From Lytechinus pictus (taxonomy: Eukaryota): a DNA stretch of 64,000 bases. The notes below the pieces were generated by a model. The model searched no databases. It was not told the DNA's origin and worked only from the letters and a program-made list of their open reading frames with translations. Below are positions 51,691 to 64,000 of this stretch, piece after piece. The stretch spans positions 36,520,001 to 36,584,000 of the forward strand of contig NC_087251.1 of NCBI RefSeq assembly GCF_037042905.1, given 5' to 3'. How positions within the stretch are numbered: the stretch's first letter is position 1; every line of letters begins with the position of its first letter. Both the position numbers and the translations under genes were made by a program.

Positions 51691-53020
51691 TGATCTGTCT
51701 CTGAACATCTCTGTCAAGATGAAATATTTGAGATGAGTTTAGATGCAAGAGATGCAAGCCATGCATGCAGAGTTATTAGGTCAGTGTTTATATCCTGCTT
51801 CCTATGTATCCTTTAAAGGAAAAATAGTGGTTTGAAGCAGTATCCCGAAACCAAATTATTTTGCCTATGATAATACACGTATGCAACTTTTAAATAGTGC
51901 TTATTGTGATTTTTCTATGTGCTGCATGATATTACCCTGATCAGGCGCTCAATATCACCTGGATGGGGATTGATAATGTTTCATACAAGATGTTAACATT
52001 TCAATAGCTTGTTTGCAAGTTCCAACTTACAATTGATATTAATTTTTCACCCAGGTACCATAAATGTCTTTCTAGCAATATCACTCATTTTTAATATGCA
52101 GTTGCACAATGGCATCAATCCTTTTCTCCGTGAATTAGCATGTGACAGGAAGCATTTCTTGTACTTGCTTTTCAGAAATTGTTTTCTCATATCAGAATGG
52201 GAGTAGTAATATCACAAAACATTTATTTATATGAGGTCGTCCCATTCAGTTCATTGATCTCGGTTGCCGTTTTCCTCCATTCTAATGGTATTACAATTTA
52301 TTTTACCTCATCTGAGCTCCGTGAGGTTTTGCAATCAATCGCTAGATGGCCATGGCCAATTAATATCATTGTTGCATGTGCATTTTGTTCAAGACACTAA
52401 CCAAGAACCAATCATTGTCGTTCTTTCATAAATTTGCTATATCCATCGTTTTATTCACGTGGAGCTCGAATTGTCGTCCCCTTACTACCCCGATCGCTGT
52501 CAAATAGCATGTTCGTGGCAACGTCTTGACCGATTTCACCACATTTCCTTTAAACGTGCAAAAGGCATTTCTAGTTAGAGGCAATATTTGATTTGTGTCA
52601 TGTGATGACAGCGATATGTTTTCATAACACGTTATGTTGCGTTAGAATAATGTTGACATCAGATTGAATTTAATATTGACAATCAGTATGGACTATACCT
52701 TACGAGTCGAACTGAAGGTGACTATACGTACGCCAAGGTTACATCAAGATAATGCCTTTGATCAAGATTATGATGGAGGTCATTACAATTTCTTCCTAAA
52801 GCTTAAAGCGATCGTAAATTATTTTCAATCAGAATAATAAATATCTTGCATTATGTATCAAATGCATTATTAAAGTTTGCTCTTTCAAGGACTTTAAAGA
52901 ACAATTTGAATCACTTTACTGTCTGTTTTTATGGTTTGTCGCTTTTTCAAAAAAAAATGCAATCTTCAAAATGAAGAGCTTGTTGTAATATTCTTTTGAC
53001 CACATCATGGCCTTCTTTAC

Positions 53021-53417
53021 ATACCCCTTTCATAAACCCAATACAACATATCCTCCAATTAGCCGCCTTAAAGAGTAATGCGGATAATTCAAAAAATTCA
53101 CAAACTCCGAAAATTATCCGCATTATTTTTACGAGCGCCCGTCCTAAAAAAGCCGGATAATCGTCATGACAACTGGACACGCCCCCTCCGATGCGGTTGT
53201 GTTGGAAAAGGGTGACCTTGTGACCGCACCATGGCAATTATCCGCATTATTTGGAAATACGTTCATAAACTCAAAATCTTGTCCCGATGCTGCTATTATG
53301 CGGATAATAGCAGCATCAGAATAATGCGGATAACTCTTGTCCTCCTCTGATTTTACGACCAAATTATGCTGCTATGAGCCGCATAATTGGGTTTTATTGG
53401 GTTTATGAAAGGGGTAT
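53021..53417. mobile_element. MITE with 23-bp perfect terminal inverted repeats
   Basis: atacccctttcataaacccaata / tattgggtttatgaaaggggtat; internal tgcggataa/ttatccgca repeats. Confidence 0.85.
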
Positions 53418-56400
53418 AACAGGAGGATACAATTATTAGCCAGTTTTCGCAATTGCAACGGGGACAGATTCTACGACATGGTAAATATATTGGAAATGCC
53501 GTCAAATCACACTGGACACCTTAGAGATCTTTGCCGAAAATTGGTGAATGGGGAGAACATATCGTCCTAAGATTCGGAGCTGACTAAAAATTGCAAATAG
53601 CTCGGTCATTTGTCTAGAGACCAGGACGACGCTGATGTTTTGATTCACCGATTTTCGACAAAGACTGCTTTATCATGAAGGGATGTTGACAATAGATTTT
53701 CCATCTTCCAGAAAGCGCCTGCGTAGCGTTGTGAAAACTCACTATTTGGGCTTAGAAACTGAGTTATTGTCCAGATAACATTGTTCATTCAGTAGGAATC
53801 GGGGCTATTCGTCCATTCCTAGGCATTTTAGTATTTGATAAATTTATTAATTATTCATGTGATCAAGAATTTGTGCTTAGAATCATTCGGTTGTCAGGGG
53901 AGTATTTCATCAACATTGCTTCCGACAGGTCTTTCATTTAACGCTCCCATGTAAACAAAATTGTTAAGTTCGTAGGAACTTGCTATACAACATTTGTCAA
54001 TATCATATGATTTTTACATTTTTTGTCATTAGATAAATATATACATTATATTAAGTATTCATTGAAAAATGTTGGAGATCCCACCCGCCATTTATTTTTA
54101 AAAACTTTTTTGCTTTCAATTTTACAACCAACCAAGGACGTTGCAAGGTAGGACACCTGCAGTCATGGTAAGAGGTGGGGTTAGGCTGAACTTTTTGCGA
54201 TCCCGTGGTTGAAAGAGAAGAGGCATTTAGGTATGTCGGTAAAAAGCACCGTCCACATTGACCCGCCATCTCGTCAATGGGATGAAAGCTCTCCTGACTC
54301 CACTTCGAAAGGCAGTGGACAGCATGCAGCATTATCATGGAGATGTTCTTGGGAGGAGTTGCATCAATTGGTCGTGCACCGGCTGCGCGCAACGATTCGA
54401 ACCGAGCTTGCGCGCACTGTGTAAAGTCACGACGAAATACCGGCAATGCGAACGGAGCCTTCAGCCTTCCACCCACCGGCATCGTGTAGCCAACATGTAT
54501 CCATTTTCGCCACTGCGATTTGGGCTTGTGTTTCAATTCCTGGCGGACCGGCAGAGAGAAACGAACTTGGGATTGAATTCCGCTCGGGTCAATTGTTGCT
54601 TGAAACGCCAGGGATATTATTAGCCCTTGATACGTTCCTCCAGCCACGTTTTTTCCCACTGTAGGGTTGCCGTCCATTTTTTAAGCCCCATTTTCTCAAC
54701 CTTTTTTCTTCTTCTTCATGTATCATTCTCAGTCTTCTTGATGGCACGGAGTTTGTCATATGAATAGCCTCGGGCCTATATCATGAACTTCACGTTGTAT
54801 GGATACAGATCTGTTCACGAAAGAACTGATTCAATATCAACCTTGAAATTATGCCCTTAGGAAATGAATAATGGGGGGGGGGGGCAAAAACAATGTGAGG
54901 AGAAAGTAATGCGAATAAAGGAGCGTATAGGAAATATCACACCATGAATATTATTCTTTTCAAGAAAATATTTTGTTTTTCTTCGTCATATAGAAGTTTT
55001 ACGATTAATTTAATTTATAGCTAAATAATCAATGTTATATATACATTAAGTAATGACTCGAAGAATAGGCCTACCATTTCCCTTTCTTGCTTTGAAAATC
55101 TCCAACGGTCACGAAACAGATGCAAAGAGGGAGCAAGAAGCAAGTATTGAACTTTTTTAAGAGCGTGATAATTGAAAAGGGGGTAAAGGAGATGCCTTGC
55201 TCGGACTGCGAAGGGGTCTTTTCCATCTTTGTGTTTTGCTATCGTCACTATACCAACAAAACGGGGTCCCGTTGAGACCCACCCCTTTAAAGAACGGGTA
55301 GTCGAAGTAGAGAAATCGCAAAGTGTTCCAGAATTAACCAGAGACTGTGTATTCATATACCTACCATTATCCCTTCTCAAAATTCATTAGGGACTTGACC
55401 AAGCTCCCTCCTCCTCTCCCCGTCTCTCTCTTTACATCTCTCTCGCATTTTTCATCAGTTTCTATAATGTAGGTTTTTCCCGCGCCTGCTACTCCTCTCC
55501 TTATGTACACTGCCTTTGAAAAGCCAATAGAAACTCAAAGTTCGAACACTTTTAAGGCAATAAATCGTTTAAAAGACATGTATTGGAATAAACCTCAATA
55601 GGGGAAAAGGGTCATCCTCATTGCATGCTTAATATTTCGAGAGGTGCACCATGATGCATTCAATTTACAGCTCATCTGAGCTTGATAAACTTTGATGTTT
55701 TTTTTTACATGGTTTAAACTGAGAATGTGGAACTGATAAGCAATACCCGTGATTTATACCGAATATTTGAACCTATACTGGGATGTTGTTTCACCTCTGT
55801 GACATGGAGTAAAGCCTAAGAACCATGGAATGTTCTGCCATACAATGCTACAGTGGTAAATGTATGATCTCTTAGCATCCGTTTGTTATTGCTGACTGAA
55901 GCACTATACAGGTGTGCTCGTGGGATCAAGGAGGATTAGGGCTCCAAGCCTTACAAAACACACCGGCAATCTCAGGTAAGACGTGCCGAAAAGGCGCGAA
56001 ACAAGCCAAGCATAAAACATCAAAGAGGTGACCGTCTGCTTCGCGCATTCACTTTCAATGTATCAGTGACAAAACGTATATTGCTTTACAGATTCATTTC
56101 ATTTTGTGTGTTCATGTTTATGTATGAAATTTCGTTTAGGGGAGAACTAAAGCACCGACGGCACCCGGTCATTAACGGCGGTTCGTGTGGGGTTTTTAAC
56201 GCTCTGGAGACCCTACAAATTAAAAGTTATCGAGTTTTACTTCAATCACTGTTGAATTGATGCGCTTCTTTATTGATCTAGTTAAATATACATGTGCCAC
56301 TGCCGTAACATGTGTATTACATCGTTACCGATGGAGTGTAGTTGTCAATATGTCAGGCAAGGTTATCAATTCCTTGGTTAGAGAAAATATACGAAAGTTG

Positions 56401-58384
56401 AATTGCTGAGATTAGAAAGTGTCTTCTCATCACGGAAGCTAATTTTCTGTTTAAGCTATTTTTAAAACAATATTATCGTTATGATTGAACCCCCCCAAAA
56501 AAACGTTATCATGGATATGTTTTTTTAATTATTATTATCGATATAAAAGAGACATAATTTTGCATCTCAGATATATAGCCTACATTGAAGGCACGCTTTT
56601 ATAGAAAAAAAACCATGGAAATGATTCGTCAGGTGTACCAAACAAAACGAATCCAACCTCTTTCAACTTCGAAGAAAATCGTTAAATTGAAGCAATTCAT
56701 CCTAAAACCAAATCAATTTCGTTAAGTAGCTTTCCCGCGAAGAGTATTTTCCATTTTGACCACGACGTATCGAAGAGGACGCGTCAATAGGAGTTCGAGT
56801 GGTAGAAGATAGTTAGTGTAGCTCTTCAGGACAATTCTTCAGAAGGTACCGCCTGGGTCATAACAGCTCTTGGAAATCACTTGAACGGTTTTTATAATAA
56901 AGCCGACCGACTGAATTGCAGTGGGCACTTGAGACGAGGAATACTCGGAGAGGGTATAAACGCGCGAATTCGTCGTACCACGAAAGGAGTAAATCGAAGC
57001 GATCGGTGTGCAGGCCCACTGCACGGCTTAGTAAGTGTATAACTATCTTATATAGCAAAAAACAAATCATACTGTGTATGAATCAGATAATGGAGGGGTG
57101 TAGTAAAATGCTTCAGACTGAGAAATGCAGAATAATGCAGCCAATCTCGACGGTATCATCAGAAGAAACTACTCTTTGGAAACTAGTGGTAAGAAGGTTG
57201 ATTTGCAGTGTTTCATATCACTTCGGGGTTGGGGTCTTCGCCGAAATACTATGGTAAGATAAGATTTGAGATTCTATTGATATTTTGGTTAATAACCTTT
57301 TTTCTGAGGAATCACATACATTTTTTCAGACGTCATCATAAATATGTTTATATTTTACTTTACATTTACATGATTAAGCGCCAGTTAATGTGCCATGATA
57401 TGACCTTTACTTTTCCTCGATGCTCTTATGAAAATGGGAATGTACGATTGCGTTAATTGAGGCGATTTCGACAACCATTTTTACGCTGACAAAAAGAAAG
57501 TGGTGGTGGTGCATTATATTCTGTATTCCCGACAAATAATACTGGCGTTCATATATATACCTCATTTAAATAAATAACTGCTAATTTGAGTGAGGAAACT
57601 GGGTGAATGATTGGAAAATTGCCATCCCGACTGAAGGATTAAATTGTTTTGTATAATTATTTTTATCTTCGTCTAGAATAAGTTTACACAATTCAAAAAT
57701 GGTCTCCGTTGCACAAAACCTACAAGTGATGTCGAATTTATAATCAGTGACAATTGCCATGGTGACATATTTGTTTGACAGCAAATCCAAACAATTAGAA
57801 TCATTTATTAATTTAATGCTACCATTTTATAAAAATTTACCAATGTGCCCTGGTAAACATATCTCACACTAACTTCAAATTCACAAGTCGGTTAGTTGTT
57901 CAGTTTTAATGTTGAATTGAATTTCGAATTGAATTGATTTTACTTTTTAACCAAATCTCAGTGTCAAATACATTTAAAATTTAGTGGTACATCCCGTTTA
58001 AAAAACATTTATTTTAACATAAAAACAAATGCTTATCGAGATTAACCATGAATAATCATATTTTAAACAATAATTTTAACTAAATCACAATATTTGCGCA
58101 TCAAATTCAGAGCTCTCCCTACCTCGACGGAGAAGATTAATTAGATAAGTCACACCAAATACACGATTATACAAGACCGAATGAAACTACATTTTCTAAC
58201 ATCAAAATATATCCCAATATTCATATGGTTGAGATTAGATAAATGTGATGGTACAGGTTCATGGATGAACTCTAAGGCATAAACATGATAAATGTTTCTT
58301 TTATGACCACTGACGGTAAGAGTGGATATCGCACTGATTTCAAACTTGTTCGCAAATAGTTTGCAACTCAAGATGTTACTAATT

Positions 58385-58750
58385 TTTTGCAGAGACGTCT
58401 CCGCGACGTCTCCTGAAAATACAGATTCGATCGTCAAGACTGTTTGGAGATTGCTTCCAGTCTCTACAGCGACCTCATCGGTTACGCAGATTATTTTGTT
58501 TCAGAGACGTCGCGAAGGCGTCGCCGCAAGTCCAGGAGAGGTCTCAGAGACTTCACTTCGACAGAAGAGACGTCTCCAAGCCGTTGCCGTGACTTACAAG
58601 CAGGTAGACCTCTCGATTAGTCTCTTGGAAGTTGTGCTTAAGCGAGAGCGAAAATCTTTTTTTCTTTTTTTTTGTCGCTGACACGTCTCAGATGTTATTT
58701 GCCGAAAAGGACGGGCCGTTGCGGCGACGCCACCGTTGCTATACGGCCTT
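58385..58750. mobile_element. Degraded MITE with gagacgtc sub-repeats
   Basis: Iterated gagacgtctc/gcgacgtc motifs in both orientations. Confidence 0.55.
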
Positions 58751-61700
58751 CACCCTAGCTGTCAACCCATGGAGCAAATCAAAGCAATGGCATATAATTA
58801 AAACTCTGTAGATGTTCCTACATTATAAATCATTCTATTCATAGAGAAGGAACGTGACTGTGTTCAGATTTCTGAAGAAGGTTAATGACCTCAAGGTGTA
58901 CGATCTTTCAGTACAGTAGAGGTTGTACATGTATTCACATTCCGCACTAAATCCAAAGAAAATGGACCTCTTAGCTAGCACAATGTGCAAAATATATATA
59001 CACTGCCAACATTTAAAAACTTAAATTTTTAATTATTATATATATTTTTGCCTTGTATTACGAAGTTGATTAATTGTACAGTTCTTTATTCTCAAGTTTG
59101 TTGCTGCTATTGTTGTCATTGTTGACTAAACTTTGGTAGTTTTCATATTTATTTCAATGTATTCAAATGAAATAATGAATGATGAATAATCTTATTCCCA
59201 ATTTTCGACCCTCCGTATGAATTTGCGGCATTTGAGGTGTATTTGCACCAAATCGTCTTTAAAACATTATTTAACTTGGGAGATTGTAAAATTCTTTCAG
59301 ATATGTTTCATGCTCTATATTACGAAAGGTGAATGACACAAGCATCGAAGCTCTTTGTGTTTTGACGACACTGCCTCTCCTCATTGGGGAGTGTTTCATG
59401 AAGATATTTGTCAGTGATTTTCAGCGACAGACGTTAAAAGCTACTGAAAATCCTTGCATCTGATTGGCTAAGAGCAAATTAGTTAGTGAAAATCACAGAC
59501 AACCCTCTCCATGAAACGTTTCCCAAGTTATTAGTCTCTTGATGGACAAACTAAAATCTCTGAAATGAGTTTAAATAACTTTTATTTTAACGCCAATTTT
59601 TATTTCAAAGCAGTGCCGACGAACAACGATGTTGAGTTCAGGCTTGATAGATAGATCGGTCGGTGCATAAAGCAAAAACGTAATGACTGTCGACCTAAGG
59701 CAGCTTTCAGATGTGCCGCTTCACAGACAATAATAGGGGAATCCATGTTGATGGATTCACTTGCGGTATCTCCAAAGAAAATCATAGAAAGATTTTTATT
59801 AAACGACTATTTTTTTGTAACAAACTCCGACCATAAATGGGGTTCTTATTCTCGAAGTATAAAACCTGAAAAGAATTATGGATGCTCTATATTGTGGAGA
59901 TAAAATTGAGAATTGGGGCTTCATTCAGTATTGATTTGCTTTCTTCTTTATTCCTTTCACTGGAATAAACTAAGCGTACTATTGTGCCTATTATCTCCTC
60001 CGATCTTTTATTTACATGTTTTTGTCAGTAAGAGAATAAAGTTTTATTCATGATCTACTATATGAGCTTATCAAATGCACATTGTTTCTTTTGTGGTCAG
60101 GATCGGGATAATGACCAAAACTGATGAAAGGATTGTCTGATGTTCAAATTGATTTTGCTTATAAATATATCCAATTGTCATGATTGTGATCAGGAGGACA
60201 GAGCTTGGATGAGAAACTCGTCATGTTCTACTTTCCGACCACAAGATGATGTGGTTTTTATAATTCAATCGGAAATAATATATGCGATGGTGTTCTGATG
60301 ACATCTCATGTGGTGTGCACGCTCAGCTCCTTCGTCCTTACAGAGCTCATCAATTTCATTTGAAAATATGAAAGTTACTTTTATCAAAAATTCAAATTGA
60401 AGTTATAGATTTCATTTAGGTTAACTTGTCCTGTCTATCCTGTTTTCGAGAATGCCTGCAACACGGGACCTATACAGGGTGATTTATCGTCTCAGGATAG
60501 AGATGGATGGACAAGATCTTGGATTCTGAGGTTGCCATAAACTAGAGCGTAGGGTGTATTTCTCAAAGAGTTAAGTGTGACACTTTTTTCATGCATAAAA
60601 GCCTAAGTGCACATTATGATTATAATTATGTAATGCACAATCTCATTCATCTCCAGTGTGATCTGACCAATGCGGTGATACGTTCAGTGCGATTTTTTTT
60701 TAATTCAAACTTCAATTTGTGAAACATCCCTGTTCTTAGAAGTGAAAGGGCCATTTACGGGTCATGGGAGGTTTAGAGTGTTAAGGCAATGAGGATCAAC
60801 AAGGTAAATCCTGTAGCACCTGCATGGCTTTGAGATGGGGGCATGTGCGAGTCATTAACACCTCTCTGTTACCCGCTTTAACCCCACAATAAACCCTTGA
60901 CAATCCCTGCGGTTACCCTCGAGATCTCGCCGAACCTTGACTTCTACCAGTTACACCATCGGCGCGCGGTGGCGTATCCAGAATATTGGTTTATAGGTGG
61001 TTCGATCGTCCGCTCTGAAAGTGTGTTTGACATGTTGCAGATTGATTCGTCGCAAAATAAAACCTTAGTTTTCGATCTGATCTAATTGAATTGTTATACC
61101 CTTCTACACATTAACGGTAAATGAGCAAACTCCCGCGACTCGTCAACGAATGCAACCGTTTAGCCTTTCAACGTGACAGTGGTAATAAAACTTTGAAGTA
61201 AGTTTGAATTTGATCTGTTAGTAGACCTATTCGTAGACCTGAACGCATCGAATTTATACAATATTGTTTTCTTTTTAGGGGCATAATCGAAAGATGTATA
61301 TAGGCCTACAGTTTTAAGCTGATGACTCTGGGCACAACATGGGAAGGCGCCACTTATAATCATGATAAGTTACAGTAGGGCCTCGGTTACTGTACCAGGA
61401 AACTATGTAGCAGTCTATGTTTAGAATAGGAACTGCATGGGATGTATTCTGAGATCCATCTTATCTCAAATAAAATTAAAGACAAAATGGATCTCAGAAT
61501 ACCGCCCCTTGTGGATTTTTTTAAAGGAGAAACATTCTGTATTGTGATGGAGGGGGACTGCAGAGCAAGAAGAAAGGGGGTGACTGACTGGGTTGTGTGT
61601 TGACGCGCGGCTTTAATCCGTAAGGCAAAGTTAACGTTTATTTCTCGATACGACGTACGCCAGAGCGGTGCCCCGCTCAAGAGCTCCCACGAGCCCCTCG

Positions 61701-63299
61701 CTGCTGTTGTTCTCTTCGTAGCAGAGGCAATTAGTCAGTGTGCGTGGACGGTCTTGGTCACCAGGTTGCTCCTCAAGTCTTTTCATGGACTAACCCAACA
61801 GCAACACGGTCTCTCAAGTAAACGAGAACGGGGCAAAATCAATGACAGGAATACGAGATGTAATAGTTTGAGGTATCAAGTACCGTAACAGGAGACATTC
61901 CGCTTTGGATAACGAATTTTGCATTTATTGTATTTTTTTTCTTCAACCCAACATGCCATTAATTTTTCACCATCATTCAATTCTTAATCGGTTTACTACC
62001 ACCATCACTCTCTAGGATTCTATAATATGGTGACAGCACTTGTCAAGGATCCATGCACCTCATCAGTGGGTAAGTTTGTCATACGTGACGCCGAAATCTT
62101 ACAACTTCCACGTAATGAATATAAAATGCGTGAACGATCGAGTTGAGTGCCTCAGGGTCGTGGCGCCTCGACGTGGTAATTTCATCGGCTTGACTTTCAA
62201 AACGTCAACCGAAAGAATAATCTTTTCGGAATTCGTAAATACGGATTTGAAACCTTTTCCCTCACCAATTCATGACGCGTTGGAATGTTGGTAATATACC
62301 GGCGAGTGCTATGAATGAATCCTTCATCTTCCAAATAGCCCATGCTTCATTTTTTTTCTTACAAACCATCAGTTGAAACAGGGCTAAACGTTCCGGCAAT
62401 CTATCTGATCCCATAGCTTGCCGTGGTCCTGCCGCATCCATCGTCGACAAGCCACACTTGAGAATCGCATGGAATGAGAAAATAACTTCCCATCGTCACC
62501 ATCATGCTTCAATACTCTTTCTGGAGTCACCAAATAATTTGGATTCAATACTCTTGGAATATTGGTCATCATCATCACCGAGTCACAGTTTCGTTGGTGA
62601 CTTGAAATTCGAGCAAAGCTGTCCCTCCAGGTTTGAATCTCACTGATAGCCAATCTGTTTCGGTTGAGCTGGATAGATGAACGTAGGTATGTGATGCTCT
62701 GCCCAATGCTCAGTCACACCGGCAAAATTGACACCAGACAGACCAAAGCGATATTACATTATTCCAGTGGCATACTATCTGTCGGTTTGGAGTTGTTTTT
62801 CAAGATGTGACTGCAGCAACTCTCCAAACCGATATTCACTCGTCACGCCCAAAGTAAAATTTATTTAGGGGTGATGAACGCAAGAGAAAATACGTCTATT
62901 TGTTCTTGAGTAATAAGAATAGACGCATGGTATTTTTTTTTTTTTTGTTAAATGTTTCTTTGTGTTTGTAAAATTACAAATCGAATTTAAACAAATAAGG
63001 TAAGTAATTAATGGCGTGTTGATGGAAATGGAAATGTTATTTATTTTCTCAATTCGTATTTTGCTTTAATTGTCACCATGCAAGACGACATTTATGGCAT
63101 TATTTGACCATTTTAAACCGTATGTCAAATGGGTTCTAATCTAGCAATGTCTTGGCGGTTCTGGTTTTTAAACGTTTCTGTGTGTTTGTGTTTTATTTCA
63201 AATTTCTCATTTTGTATTTTGTTTAAGAGCATAATTTGAACATCTTTAATGGGTTCTCATCTCGGCGGGTCAGCTTCCGAAAGGTTTCTGTATGTTTGC

Positions 63300-63392
63300 G
63301 CTTTATTTGACTTTGTTGACTCCGTGGATGGGAAACGTCCCGAGAGTCCATTGAGGAACGAGTTTCTTTTGGTTTTAATGAAGCTCAAATTT
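63300..63392 (+). pseudogene. Remnant of a Harbinger/ISL2EU-type transposase helix-turn-helix region
   Basis: ALFDFV...SPLRNEFLLVLMKLK resembles the EFLLxLMKL(R/K) motif that precedes DDE_Tnp_4 domains; no continuation seen. Confidence 0.5.
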
Positions 63393-64000
63393 ACTCGAAA
63401 CGTGTTAATCTCCTCGGTTAATCCACCCCTAACAAAGGCTTTAATACTGTATCAGTTACACTTAAAAGGTTATTGAATCCATATAAGCTGGAGGAAAACT
63501 TGTGTTAGTTTTTGTTCCCGTTTTCTAAAGGACGGCGTCAGCTCTTTGATGTACGAACTTTCATTTAAGAAGGAATGTCGCTTGTTTTTTTAAACTGTTT
63601 TAGTTTGACTCCACGGTCCTATACAGTATCTGAGTCCTTTACGGTTTACAAATAAACATTTCAAAGAAATAAAAAGAGAGGGAACTGGACGTTATATTAA
63701 CTTTAAAAAAATTACACGTATATAACAACTTTATGATCCTCAATGTGGTAATCACCAAAACATCATATTTAGTAGTAAATGGCTGGTTATTTAATTGTCT
63801 GTATTCTTCCCAATTTATTTATTCATCATAAAAAATAGACCCTTTCTCTGTTCTTTTGCGGTATATTTTCCTTTCAGCATTTCATCTGGATTTATTAGAA
63901 CTCTTTGATTAAAAACACAGATCGCCTATGTGAACTAACTGGAGATGTTTAAACGAATATTTTTTCAAGATTAATCTAATGAATCTCATCTGGGTCCCCA

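Noticed and set aside
62040..62070. CTGATGA on the minus strand as a hammerhead core
   Set aside because: No stem II or GAAA box follows.

Overview
Eukaryotic, AT-rich, repeat-dense DNA. The repeat and SINE style suggests a marine invertebrate, probably a sea urchin or other echinoderm (inference). It holds one intact host gene, a + strand DZANK1 orthologue that I assembled by hand from 17 GT-AG coding exons (17887-48202; 2343 nt, 780 aa). The protein has an N-terminal Fn3-associated-like domain, CxxC zinc ribbons and C-terminal ankyrin repeats. Upstream lies a near-intact I/Nimb-like LINE (gag-like ORF1; ORF2 with APE, RT, RNase H and CCHC), whose ORF2 has a single -1 frame break. Intron 5 carries a decayed CR1-group (L2/Crack-like) LINE that is itself interrupted by a 1084-bp DNA element with a 4-bp TSD. 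The window also contains many non-autonomous DNA transposons, tRNA-derived SINEs, tandem repeats and low-complexity tracts. The most unusual items are a Penelope-like inverted insertion with a hammerhead-like core (43881-44058), a RecQ-like helicase N-terminal remnant (2211-2366), a 120-bp loop-less perfect palindrome (15438-15557), and an in-frame slippery heptamer at the LINE frame break. I cannot demonstrate a wholly new system from the sequence alone. Family names come from motif recognition, not database searches.
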